Source: Phaeosaccion multiseriatum
Lineage: Eukaryota > Protista > Ochrophyta, other classes
Assembly: GCA_965112735.1 (NCBI GenBank)
Contig: OZ218952.1
Location: 1,860,001-1,924,000, forward strand
Length of the DNA: 64,000 nt
Reading direction: 5' to 3'
In this document: piece by piece, positions 12,442-25,508 of the stretch
Position numbering within the stretch: position 1 is the first letter of the stretch
How the letters are laid out: each line of letters begins with the position of its first letter
Position numbers and translations under genes: made by a program
The notes under the pieces: model-generated
What the model was told of the DNA's origin: nothing
Database searches by the model: none
What the model saw: the letters and a program-made list of their open reading frames with translations, nothing else

Positions 12442-15400
12442 ATGAGTGTCACACGAGGGGCGATTGCCCGTATCGCGGAGGACGGCCAACAGACCGACGA
12501 TTTCAAACCCACCCTCCAAGTGCTCGGCATCAAGTGTATGGCTGCCGGCAACGCGGAGCGCTACCGCCTGATGGTCAGCGACGGGGAGAACTATCAGGCC
12601 TGCATGCTGGCCACCCACCAGAACGACCTCATCATCTCCAAACAGATTCAGCAACTGTCTCTACTCCGACTCGAGGAATTCCTCCTTAACAACGTCAAGG
12701 GCAAGCGGTACGTTGAGGCGAAGGAGGAGGGGAGGGTTTGTTCAATGGAAATTCGTGTAGGTCTCGTTGCCGAGATCGGTACGTTGAGGGGAAGGAGCAG
12801 GGGAGGGGTTTGTTCAATGGAAATTCGTGTAGGTCTCGTTGCCGAGATCGCGGGTTTCTTCGTGGGCAGCGGAGTAGACTGGGGCGGCCCAGTGTAATAA
12901 CGCTGTCCCGTCTAAAAAGAGAGCCACGCGTTACTGACATTCTCGACTGCTACTACTACTGCTGCTGCCGCTGCTGCTCCTGCCTGCTTTCGATGCCCCG
13001 CTCCCTCCGCTGAAAACCGAAAGACTCATCATCGCTCTGAGCGTGTCTGCTGTCGGGGGTGGCCCTGTGGACAAGGTTGGAAACCCCCAGAGCATCACCG
13101 CCAACGTAAGTGTAGAGAGCTCTCGTATATATCCTTACTGCTTCTCGTCGTCTGCTTGGCTCCTCATGATGTGACTTCTGTCCTCCCGCTCTCCCACCAC
13201 CCCGAGCACACCCTCCTCCGCAAGCACCGTTCGCCTATCTGCACATCTCTCCCTCCTACTTTCCATTGGTCTCTTCCTGCCTCTTCTTTCTGCTTTCCTT
13301 CACAGCCCAATCCCCCGCCTCTCTCTCACGCTCTCTCACGCTCTCTCACCCCCCCCCTGCTTTCTGAACGCCTTCCCCCATCCTCCCACATGCCCCTGAC
13401 TCCTCCCTTCGACAACCCCCCACCCCACTTCACAACAGACCGAAGATGAGGTGCCGCAGGACGTCAAGCCCAACCCCGCTCCCGTCATGCAGGGGGGCTA
13501 CGGGCAGGGTAACAACTACGCAGCCACGGCCAACAACACGGGCTACAGAGCTGGAGGAGCGAGCAATAGCGGCAGCGGGGGGGGGGGAGGAGGAAGTAGA
13601 GGCTATGGGAACCAGAGCTCCAGCAACCCCTACTTGAATAGGGTAGGGGGGAACTCGGGTGGTGGCATGGGGAGTTACGGTAGGAACGATGGACCTATGG
13701 CCCGGGAGGACGGCAACATGAACTTCAAACCCATCCACGCCCTCAACCCCTACGACAACAGATGGACCATCAAGGTATGTATGTGTGGTGGTGGTCCACA
13801 ATAGATGGACGATCAATGTATGTATGTGTGTATGTATGTATGTATGTATGTATGTGTGTGTTGTGTGATGCGAGTAGAGCCGTTGGTCGAGCAGTCGAGC
13901 AGGCGCCACACCCATGTGACCCTTCGTGTGATCACACAGCACAGGGAGGGAATTGGTAGCAAGCTCCCCCCCCCCCCCACCCCACCCCTGCGGCCTCTGT
14001 CCTCTACCCCTTATCTCTCAATCATGCCACCCATGATGGCTACCCACCAACCCACTCTCATGCTATACTCTGACCTTTTTTTGCCGTTTCGCGCTGACCC
14101 ATTGCCCTGTTTTGTGTCTGTGGCTGTGTCTGTTTTTGTTGTCTGGGGATATGTGCGTGCGTGCGTGCGTGCGTGCGCAGGCGCGAGTGAGCCAGAAGAA
14201 CGAGATTCGCCGCTGGCAGAACGAGCGCGGCGACGGGCACCTGTTCAGCGCACATCTCATCGATGCGGAGGTGAGGGACTTCTGGGCGGAGGACACGTGG
14301 AGGGTCCGTTTGTGTGCACAGCACAGTGCCGACAGCTCTTACATACTTAATTGTTGAGCTATTCGAATGTCTTCATTACCTCACTCACCCACCCACTTAC
14401 TCACTCACTCACATCACCTATCCACCCACCCACCCACTCCCTCCTTCACTTCCCAGGGCTCGGAGATCAAGGCCACCTTCTTCAAAGAAGCGTGCGACCT
14501 CTTCGAGCCCATGCTGCACGAGGGAAAGGTGTACACCTTCTCGGGCGGAAAGGTCAAGGTCATTAACAACCAGAAGTACGCCATCGGCAACACGCAGCAA
14601 GAGCTCACGTTCGACGAGCACTCCGAAATACAGGAGGTGGCAGAGGACAAGGGCATCTCCTCGCATGCGTAAGTCAATGGAATCAAAATCAGAGTCAAGT
14701 GGTGTTGTTGTGGATAGGCAAGTCAAAGTATCGCAAAGCAAGAGGGAGACAGAGGAAGAGGATGGTTGTCACACGCTTTGATGTTCATTTTCTTCAAGCA
14801 GTAGCAGTTGTAGTGTAGAGTGAGGTTGATTGATAGCTCCGCACCGCTTCTCTCCCTCTCCCTGCCTCCCTCACACTCTACCACCCTCGCTTTCTCTCTC
14901 TCTCTCTCTCTCTCTCCCTCTCCCTCTTTCTTTCTTGCTCTTCCTCACTGATCCGAATAGATTCAACTTCACACCCATCGCGGACCTGCAAGACGTGGAG
15001 GTGGGCCAGACGACTGATGTGATCGGCGTGGTGACCAACGCAGAAGACATGACCACCATCGTAACCAAGGCAGGCAAAGATTGCGAGAAGATGAACCTCA
15101 CTATTGTGGATACAGGAAGCACGGAGGTGCGCCTCACGGCGTGGGGAGACAAAGCAAAGGCGCTGGATGGAAAGTTGCAGAACGGAGCGATTGTTGCCTT
15201 CCTCAAATCCAAGGTGAGAGAGCGAAAGCAACGGACGGATGGAGGAGGGAGGAAGAGAGTGGAGGGGAGGGCCTCATCGGTGTGAGAGAAAGGTAGACCT
15301 TTCGAATCACAACCGATGACAAGACCTGTACCAACAGCTTCTGCGCTCCTAGGGGAGGGAGGTCTGGCCTGGGGATTAGACAAAGGGGGTCGCGAGCGAC

Positions 15401-16149
15401 TTGGTCTGTCTTGTCGTATGGGTGCCTTTTCGTTGGAGCAGTAACACCTACATGTACACGCACATACACACACATCCTCACTCCTCCTCCTCCTCCTCCT
15501 CCTCCTCCTCCTCCTCCTCCTCCTCCTCACCTTTCGTTGCCTTATCCTCCTCCTCCTCCCCCCGCCCCAGGTGGGCGACTTTGGCGGTCGCTCGTTGAGC
15601 ACAGGCTTCAGCGGAGCCGTCGTGATAGAGCCTGACACTCCGGAGACGGCGGAGCTGCGCACGTGGTGGCAGACGGTGGGAAGCTCAGCCAGCAATTCCT
15701 TCCAGACGCTGTCGGATGGCTCCGGTGGTGGAGGGGGCAAGGTGGATGACAAGTTTGAGAGCCGGGGTACCATTTCGGCCATCAAGAACAACAACCTGGG
15801 GTACGGGGAAAAGGCGGACTTTTTGTCCTTCAAGGCCACGGTTACGTTCATCAAGCACGATCAGGACAGTGGGCCTTGGTACACGGCTTGTACCACCAAG
15901 GACTGCAAGAAGAAGGTGAGAGATGAGGAGGAGAGCTGGGGAGAGAGGGAGGGGGGGATAAGGAGCAAGAAGGACTGGATCGCGTCGTTGTAGGAGGAAG
16001 GGAGGGGAAGGTGGTTCAGTAACAAGTTTAGTGTCAAGGACGGAGGCTGGAACTGGGAAGTGTACCCCCCAAACTCTATTTGCCTCTTTGACTTCAAACT
16101 AGGGCTATGGCGTGACCCGTCTGTCTGTCTGTCTGTCTGTCTGTCTGCC

Positions 16150-16192
<43 letters not shown>

Positions 16193-17085
16193 GTCTCTCT
16201 GTCTCTCTGTCTGTGTGCCTATCTGGCTGTCTGTCTGTCTTGTCTGTTCTGTCTGCTTATCTGTCTGTTTATCTTTCTCTCTCTTGTGTCTATCTGTATG
16301 TCTGTCACCAACTTGCGTCCCGAAAATCGCTTCCTTCAGGTCACTGAGCAACCCGACGGCGGCTGGCACTGCGACAAGTGCAACAAGACGATGGAGGACT
16401 GCCAGCGACGTTACATCCTCAGCGTCATTTGCTCCGACCACACCGGCCAGACGTGGATGACGGCCTTCGATGACTCTGCCACACCGCTGCTGGGAGGCCG
16501 CTCCGCGGGCGAGCTCTGGCAGATGAAGGAGAACGACCAGGGACTCGCTTTCGAGCAGATATTCCAGGAAGCCCTGTGGCAGGAGGTACGTGACGTACGC
16601 AAGGGGAGGGATGAGGTGTGGGGGAGGTGGGGCGGTACCGCAGCTGATGGAATTGAGTCGACTCACATTTGGCCAAACCTCGAAGATCGTTCGTCCGGAC
16701 CGTACGAAACTTCTGCCGTGCCTTCTCCCTCGCATATTCCTGCAGTGTGCGGGGAGTGATTGGGCCCAGTCAATCAACCACTCATCCAATCGCTTCCTTT
16801 CCTTCTTTCGCTCCTCCCCACCACTCTGGCACTTGCCCTCCATTTATGTTCCTTCTTCATGTCTGTGTTCATGTGTCTGTGTACCGGGTTTCCGGGGTTT
16901 GTTGCACATCTATTTCTTCCGATGCACACACATACTTACGTATGTCACAGGTGGTGATGAAGGCGCGTGTGAAGTGCGAGCAAGTGCGGGATGAGCAGCG
17001 CGTGAAAGTGAGCATCTTGGGCTTCAAGCCTGTGGACTTCAAGAGGGAGAGCGCAGACCTCATCAAGGCCATCGCAGCCTTTTGA
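12442..17085 (+). CDS. RPA1: Replication protein A 70 kDa subunit
   Basis: RYRLMVSDG N-domain, PIHALNPYDNRWTIKARV, EIKATFF, DVIGVV, GDFGGRSLS, WYTACTTKDCKKKV..WHCDKC zinc ribbon and RYILSVICSDHTGQTW, across ~9 exons. Confidence 0.95.
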
Positions 17086-18005
17086 GTGGACAACAAGGGG
17101 AGGAAACAACTGAGAGAGAGACAGAGAGACGAAGAAACAAACAGTGTACGCGAGTGTGTGGCGGGATGGCGTGAAATGAAGCCGACAGCGCTGCATAGAA
17201 GTAAGACACAGACATGACAAATCGGAGCCAGTGATCTCATCTCTGCGCTCTCTCTGGGGTTACTCGCCGTTCTTGGTGCAACTGTGAGTGAATAGTGGGG
17301 CAAGTAAATATCTCTAACGCGTTTTGGAGTCTCGGTCGGAGCCCCAGACTCAGAGGGAAGGAACTCACGCCCTCCATGTATAGCAGCACGAGGTACTGGA
17401 AACCTTCCTCCCCTCGGTTGTAGTTACTTGGGGGTTCAATATTACAGAGAAAAGAAAAGATGGGGAGTGTGATTGTGGGATAATATATCAATGGACTGAA
17501 AACACTTACAGGTATACCCCCATTGAGGGTGAAGCATGCCGACCGAGGGGAGAGAGGACTAAGAGAGTGAGAAACCTCTGACTGTAGAATATATGGGGTT
17601 TTCCCTCTTCCTCCCCCTCTCGCCGGCGCTCCATCAATGAAGGAGGAACTTGCCCGCCCCCCCTCCCTCGGCCTTCGGTCCTTTTGAGTCATTTCAAGCA
17701 TGACCCCCGATTAGCAACCCTGGATTGCCTTGAGGCCCGACCAGGCAACCTGAGGCAACCTCTGAGTGAGGCCCCACCAGACATAACCCCTCTTCCACAG
17801 CTCATCGTACAGCCAAGGTGTGCCGAGGGCCCCATCGTGATCGCAAACAACACAATTGTTCGTCTGCTCACTCCCACTTGGACTGGCCCTTGCTGTGTTT
17901 GTTACGTGTCCCCTCTGGCGATGGAAAATGCCCACATGTGATATCGGTCTCCACGACTCCCCTTCTCCAGACAAATCAATCAAGTTTCTCTCTGCAGCAT
18001 CCTCC

Positions 18006-19667
18006 TCATGCCTGAATCTTGTTTACCACCTCCAAGACGGTATTGAACTCGATACTCTCCTTGAACTTTTTTGGCTGCCGCTGGTTATAGCTATTCCGCT
18101 TGAATCTGCACACACCCCCCGCCAGCTCCTCCACAACATCTGTGTCCGCCCAAAACGCCTCCAACTGCGGAATGCAAATGCACGGACGGGCGGGGCACGA
18201 AGACACGGGCAGGGAGGGAATAAGGGGGGAGAGGGAGGGAGGGAGGGAGGGAGGGGAAGTGCGATCAGTGCCGTGCCCTGGTACACGCTGGGAGAAGAAC
18301 CAGTGAGTACCACCTTTCCCTTCCTTCCCCTCGCTTACGCACCTTCGCCCCCTTGAGGTCCATAGAAGCCTCCAGCATTTGCTGTGGCAGCGTTTGGAAG
18401 GCGTTGGAAAGCGATGTGAGAATGAAACGGCGGGCGTGCTGTCTGAAACCTGGCACGCTCTCAATGAGTTTGTACAGCTCGCTCTCGGAGTTGTTGCACA
18501 GCTGAGGAGGCGAGAGAGGAAGGAGAGAGAGGGAGAGAGGAGGAGGGAGAGAGAGGGGAGAGAGAGAAAGAAAAGAGAAGGAGAGAGAGTAAGGAGGAAG
18601 GATGTAAACTTCGGTGAGACGCACGTCTCTCTCGAATAAGCATGTATCACTTCCACACATCATCTGCTCCGCCCTTCTCTCTGCTCGAACCCCTGCAGCG
18701 CCTTACACCACCCATTCATTCAGAGCGCCCCCCCCCCCTTACCACCCAATATCTTTGTGGTCTTCCCCCGTGCATATCTCCCACGGCCAATCCCACCGAA
18801 AACAATGGAGCGGATCAGCTGGATCACTCACACCCCTCACCATCCAAAATTGGTCGTACACCCCTGTCTCCAGTGTCTCATGTGCTTTAACTAGGCTTGC
18901 CATGGGCTCCACAGAGGTGATCTCATCCGGCAACAGGTACTCCAGTGCACACATGTCCGTACCAGGCATGTTCATCAATGCCTTCGTTGCCACCTGCGCG
19001 GCAGAGGGGGGGGGGGGGACAAATGAGGAATGAGGCACACAGAGCAACAGCCATATGGGATCTGAGACGATAGTCCGAGAGCAGAAGCGAGAGGTTCATC
19101 GACAGGACGTACATCCACATACTGCACTCGCCTTGTTCACCATGTCTACGTTGGTCATGTCAGGGAAGAAGGAGTAGAGCTTTAGGAGAGCCTTGTTGGC
19201 CTCGAAGTCGTATGTACTTGACTTCACCTGGCATGGGGGAAGGAATCAAAAGCTTGGATGAGCAAGACGCCAGCGAAACACAAGAGCAGCCTTGTTCACC
19301 CCATCAGCGCATGACAAAGACCATACCAAAAGAAAAGAGGCACCGAGGGGAAGATACACGAGCCTCTTTTGGCCGGCAGTTCAAGGCCCTAATTCCTTCT
19401 GCCCAAGCCTGTCCGGCACTGGCTGAAGGAATGTACACCCCCCTTAGCAACAACGTGTCTTCCTACGCTCTCCTCTTCTTTTTGCCACTCTATTTGTCGT
19501 ATGGCTGCTGCTCGTGTGGAGAGGCTTCCGACGGCCTCCCTCCCTCGGCGGCTCACCTGCTCCTCGACGTACTCTTCTAACTGCGTGACTGCCCTATGGT
19601 CGAAGAACTCATGCTCCACAATAGGCCGCATCTTTTCGTAAGACTTGGGGAAGTCCATCTGCTCCAT
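18006..19667 (-). CDS. EIF3K: Eukaryotic translation initiation factor 3 subunit K
   Basis: LEEYVEEQV..YDFEANKALLKLYSFFP..KALMNMPGTD..LETGVYDQFW..VPGFRQHARRFI..KKFKESIEF; 5 exons. Confidence 0.9.
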
Positions 19668-19804
19668 ATCACTCGCCTCTGTGGGTTTGAGGCAGGTCCA
19701 TGTGAGAGGTGTATGGGACGGGCCCCCCCGGGGCCTCGGCTTTGTGGAGGGTGGGCTTGGGCAGTAGGCACAGGTAAAAGCCCCTTCCCTTCCCACAGCT
19801 CAGG

Positions 19805-21812
19805 ATGTTTGAGCCCAACGCGATCATTGTGGATGGCCGCGGCCACCTGATGGGTCGCCTGGCGTCCATCGTGGCCAAGGAGCTGCTCAGCGGGCAGAAG
19901 GTCGTGGTGGTCAGGACGGAGGAGATTGTCATCTCCGGTTCACGTGAGTGCTTCCCCCATCTCCAACCCTCCCTCTGTGCAACCTATCTTCTTCCCTGAA
20001 TCTTTCTTGCTTACACATGCTGTTGCTGTGGCCAGTCGTCACACATGGCCTTGAGATTTTCCTTGGAACCAAACCAAAGCGCCCAGAGTAGTGCTCTAGT
20101 GCTTGCTGCTGGTGCTGCTACTTACAGTGCTGGTGCTGCGGTGCATGGGCTGATGCTGGAGGATGGGTGCTACTCTGTGCTTCGACGCTGCGGGACTGGT
20201 GGGCGAGAGGGGAAGGAAGTGTTTCTGGCGAGACCCCGACACAACCATGACTGGGATGAGCTTATCGGGAACGAAGGCTTGGGAATTCAACCAGCCGGTT
20301 AGCGTGCTTGCATGATGGGAGGCGGGGGGGCGACAACAGAGCCAGAAGCGACGCGTATGAATGGGGATGTGTGCGGCCTGCCTCGACGCGGCGCTTGACT
20401 TGGCTTACGCTCGGGCGTTGACGTTAGGCTCAAGCCTGCCCAGCTCTTTGGGAGGATGTGTGTTTGGTTGGGCGGCAGCGCAGGGGAAGGAGGGGGTTGG
20501 ATACGCATGAGGCAAGCTTGCAGTGAAAGGACCGGAGAGATTTGATTTCCAGACGTGAGAGCGGACCTACAGGAAGAGGGAGATGTTCCCAAGGGACGAA
20601 AGGGACCCCACGCAGCTCGAGAAATGAAAGCAGCACCAGCAGCACCACCGGCGTCAGTAGCAAGCAGCAGCAAGGAGTGAAAAATCGCTTTCTCTACCCC
20701 CCCCCCCCCCCTTTCCTTGCATTTGTACTCCCGGCTTTGGTGGGAATCCGCGTCTCACGAAGTCCTTTCACCCACGTGCTTACCCCTACCCCTCCTTGTC
20801 CCTGTACCGGCTCCGCCTCCGTGTCCTGCCTCCTCCGATGTCTACACATACGTTTTCAGTGGTCCGCAACCAGGTCAAATTCACGCAGTTCCTCAAGAAG
20901 AGACACAACACCAACCCCAAGCGTGGCCCCTTCCATTTCAAGTCACCAGCACGCATGTTCTGGCGAACGGTGCGTGCGTGTGGCTGATACTCTTCTCCGC
21001 CCTAACGTCAAGTTGCTGTTGCTGATTCGCTGCCTCAGCTCGCTTGCTTTGAGGACTTGAGACGTGAAACTCCTCCACCTTCCACCCGTGCCTCGGGCCT
21101 CTCTCCTTAATGGCCCGTCGTCCACCCCCTCCCTCGCGTTCCCCCCTCTCTACGGTTTCTTTTCCCTCTTTGCGTATGTATCTATGCGCGCAGGTGCGAG
21201 GCATGATCCCCCACAAGACGGCGCGAGGAGAGAAGGCAATGGCTCGCCTGAGTTGCTTCGAGGGCATCCCCGCCCCCTACGACACGCAGAAGAGGATGGT
21301 CGTGCCCGCGGCTCTCAAGGTAAGTTAGTGGTGTAGAGAGAGAGAGAGAGAAAGAAGAGGGTAGGTCAGGCTGACCCGCTTGTCCGTATTCCATACAACA
21401 TGAACGCCAAGCGCCTTGCTTGATCCAAGCGTCTTACTCCTCCGTCCCCCTCATGTTCTGTAACCAGTCAGAGCAGAGACGCAAAGCTGATCTTAGAGAC
21501 CGTTCACCCCCCTCCCTGCTCTTTCATGAGTCTAACCGAACGTATCCCCACCGCCTCCTCCTTCCTCTTCCCCTCCCCGTTCAGGTCATTCGCATGCGCC
21601 CCGGCCGCAACTTCACCGTGCTGGGTCGTCTTGCAGGCGAGTGCGGCTGGAAGCACCAGGACCTCGTCGCGCGACTGGAGGGACAGAGAAAGGTCAAGTC
21701 GGAGGCCTTCTACCAGGAGAAGAAGGCCCTCACTGCGCTCAAGGCCAAGGCAGTGAAGGAGGCGGACCTGTCTGCGGTTACGCCCGAGCTGGAGAAGTAC
21801 GGCTTCGCATAA
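19805..21812 (+). CDS. RPL13A: 60S ribosomal protein L13a (uL13)
   Basis: [65 protein letters not shown]; 4 exons. Confidence 0.97.
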
Positions 21813-21998
21813 GCCAGCAACAGCTCACTTGTTGTCGCCTTCGCCTTGTGGGTAATGAAATAAAAAGGGAAGATTTTATCGAGCATGCTGTGTCGGTGGG
21901 TGGGTGGGTGGGTGGCCCTTTGCAAAAAGGCTCCCTGCCTGCGTGTAGTTGTACCCTCCTATTGTTTTTATATCTACACGGGTGTGTGCACTGACTTT

Positions 21999-23071
21999 CT
22001 ACTTTTCTGTCTCTCTGCTCGAAGCCCCCCCCCTCACCCTGTTCTTCCTTCTCTGCTCGGACGCTGCAAACGACTCCTGTAGCCGCAGCAAGTCCTCTCC
22101 CGCCCCTCTCCTAAAGCCGCTGCTGCTATCAGTCGGAGGTCTCGCTGGCCGCAGCTCTCCGTCCCTGTCCACGAACTCGATGACGGCCATGTCTGCCTTA
22201 TCCCCCTCCCTTGGCTTGGCCAGCTTGAGCACTCGCGTGTAACCGCCGCCCCTGTCCTTGTAGCGCGGGCCTAGAATGGTAAACAGTTTGATTTGTGCCT
22301 GGCGGTGCACAGAACAGGGCACAGCAGCAGCAGAGGTGGGGCAAAGAACCGTAAGTGAGCAGGGCGACAAGCGGCAGCGATTTGCGCACTCGAAGAAACA
22401 ACAAACAGGGCAGACCTCTCTCAAGTTCCCTTTAATGCGGTCCGTGAGGATTGCCGTGTGGCTTACAGGTACTGCGCTGTAAACAATTGGCTGTCGCTTT
22501 GCCCCTCAAAATCACCCTGTAGCCAAGGTGCCCTACGACTCCACCGCAACCAATCCGATCATCTAAGCTTGAGATCCTACTCACTGTCTTCTCCTTCACG
22601 TGCGCCCCTGCCTTTCTCCTAGAGGCCAGCGATCCGTCCTTGGCCTTTGTCACAATCTTTTCTACAAAGCTCCTCAGGGCCTTTGCACGAGGAAGGGTGG
22701 TCCTAATGCGCTCGTGATAAATCAGGGACAACGTCAAATTTCTGAGAGGGAGTAGGGCGAGGCATGGGGGAGGAAGCGGACGCCCGAGTGGTAAACAGAA
22801 GAGAGAACGTTAGAACCGAAGCGGAGAGGGAGAACGGGGGGAGGGAGGGAAAGGAAACGGAGCCTGGAGGCTCTGCAGAGCCACGGACTGTGTGTATGAA
22901 ACTGATGGGTAGACAGGAGGCAGAGGGAAGGCGAAGAGGCTCAGACATGTGACAACGGCAAGAACAGGTGGGCTCACAGCCCCCATCACAAAGCCTTTTC
23001 ACCAACCTGAGCATGGCGATTCGATGTTTGACATCCCTTCCCAGCCGCACGAGCTTGATCCTCTTCTTCAT
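21999..23071 (-). CDS. MRPL17: Organellar (probably mitochondrial) ribosomal protein bL17
   Basis: [14 protein letters not shown]|[23 protein letters not shown]..|[30 protein letters not shown]; 3 exons. Confidence 0.9.
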
Positions 23072-23444
23072 CTCAGCCTCTGATGCGCAGCTCTATTCTC
23101 CCCACACAGCCTCCGAGGTGTCTCCTGCCTCCGCGCAATCCACAAGTGCCCGTCTGGGCCTTTAGAAGAAGCACTCCTGGAAGCAGGGAAGATTGATGAC
23201 TGCGAGAGACTTCTACCTTCAAAAAAGCGAGCTGTCAGACGAGCTGCTGTTGGTAAATGCGTGCACTGATCAATGAGGACGCCTTGGGCGTCTGTACTGC
23301 TGTGTTCTTGCCTTTTGAAGGTGATTGTCCAATGCCCACTTTATGGCCAAGCCCCCTTTCCTTACGTATGCTCGCGCATAAGTTTACGTACCCACCCGTT
23401 ACTCCTTGAGTTGGCAAAGGCGGACAGGAGCGAGTAGGGCTGCC

Positions 23445-24563
23445 ATGCTGCCGCTGAGCCTTCGCAAGCTTTCCCTCTGTGCGACGGTCTTCTGGATCGC
23501 TGCTGTCCGGGAGGAAGGAGGCCGTCTCGTGCAGGCGAATGCCGGTTGCGCCTTGCACAATTGGTGCAATGGGCATGGCACTTGCGACACTACCACGGCC
23601 ACTTGCAGCTGCTATGAGGGGTGGGGGGCCGACTCGGACACCAATCTTTACCGATCACCGGACTGCTCGACGAGGACGTGCCCGGCCGGGCACGCATGGG
23701 GCTCCGTGCCTACAGACAGTGAGACTGCACACCCCTTGGCAGAGTGCTCGAACAGAGGAAAGTGCAACAGAGTCACTGGGGACTGCGCGTGCTTCGAGGG
23801 CTTTCAGGGCGGCGCTTGCGAAAGAAGGTGAGCAGCTGTTCTTGTTGGGGAACTTGAGTTTCGATTGCTCACGCTCTCCTCCTTGCTGCTGTGCCCCTCC
23901 AGCGTGTGCCCCAATGAATGCTCGGGCCACGGTCGATGTCTCAGCATGAAGACCATGGCGACGCTGAGCGAGGCCCTCCCCCTGAGCAATGTGACCTCGT
24001 ACAGTGGAGAGAGTGAGTCCTCCACATGGGACGAGGACAAGATTTTTGGGTGTGTGTGCGACAGCAGCTGGGAGGTACGTGCGTGCGACGATGGAGAGCG
24101 AGTTCGACGGGTTGGGGATGGTGGAGTGTGTACGTGGGTGCGAAACGCCCTGGTACAAGCTACCAATGCTATTTCTGTTCCTAGAGCTTCTTCTGCTGCT
24201 ACTGCTGCTGTGCGAGAGCCACATCCTCAAACCCCTCCTCTCTGTGTGTCTCCTCACCGCTGGCGCCATCAGGTTGGGTTGGGCGCCGGGCAGACGCAAG
24301 AGCCCGAGTGGCACGGCCCAGACTGCAGCCTGCGGCATTGCCCCAGCGGTGACGATCCCGTCACTCTGGACAAGGACGAAACGGACTGCTACAATGTCAC
24401 CACCTCAGCAGCCTACGAGACCTCTGTGGGGCGGCAGGGCAACCTCTGCCACGTTGACTGCGCCGGGCGGGGCTTGTGCAACTACGATACGGGCCTCTGC
24501 ACATGCTTCTCAGGCTTTTATGGCAAGGACTGCACGCTCCAGAGTGTCTTAGCCAAGGGGTGA
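23445..24563 (+). CDS. Secreted EGF/tenascin-repeat protein, Sig/mastigoneme-associated family-like
   Basis: Hydrophobic leader; CNGHGTC, DCSTRTCP..AW..AH..ECSNRGKC, CPNECSGHGRC, WDEDKIFGCVCD, QEPEWHGPDCSLRHCPSGDDP, CHVDCAGRGLC; 3 exons. Confidence 0.8.
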
Positions 24564-25508
24564 GGAGGGAATACATGGCTGAGGGAGGAGGGAGTCGGTC
24601 TCACGCCAAAAGAGGGACGAGGAAGCACGTGGCCGTTCGTCGAGGCACAAGAGACAAGAAGGGTAACTGTCGCCATCCACCAAGAGGGTACACTGAGTGG
24701 GAAGGGACTGATCGACGGACGGACGGACGGACGGACGGACGGACTGACTGACTGACTGACTGACTGGCTGGCTGACTGACTGCTGGGCTGCCTGACTTGC
24801 GCGTCTGACTGGCTGGAGAGCTCGACGGAGAGGCAGCAGGCGGGCCTCTGTGGCCTTGGAGAGGAGCGTAGCGTCTTGCCGCATGTAGTGACTGCTTACC
24901 GTTCCCAGCCTGCTGCGGGCCGCAAACCTATGCTCTCTTGCCTCTCCGCCGGGCAAGCAAGGATAAGAGTACCGGGAGAGGTGAGAGAAACAGTTTCAGT
25001 TTCTGTGTCACGGCCCTTGACGGCTTGACGGCTGTGCGAAGTCGTTCGGCCACCGCAATTCAAGGGCGGTGCTCTAATGTGCCACCTTTCATGCCCTTGG
25101 CGGCCTCGGAGGGTCCTGCCACCCTGATGATTCATGCCTTGGTGGCAAGCAGAGAACGCGCCTCTCACAGGTTGACAAGTGGAGCCAGCCTAGAAGATTT
25201 AAAACTTGTTAGTCTTAGTGTATTTTCACAATGAAGAGACTCCGCGTCACAACGGGGAAGCGTGACCCCAACGCGTCACTCTCCGCAGCTCTTCATCTCC
25301 GGCCTTGGTACTGGGTACGTTCTACTACGCAGATCAGATGCGGTGATGGGGGGATATATAACTAGTGATGGGCATGTAAAACCCAGGGTTTGTCCTGGCT
25401 AAAACGTGGCTGTGGTAACATGGAGTCCACGTGGGATGGTTGGCGTGGGTGTGTGCGTGTGTGTGTCGACTTGTCTATAGGGGCGATAGGTAGTGTACTC
25501 AACTCAGT

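Noticed and set aside
19944-21584. snoRNAs in RPL13a introns (as in vertebrates)
   Set aside because: No canonical TGATGA C box paired with a CTGA D box was found by eye; an Infernal/Rfam scan would be needed.
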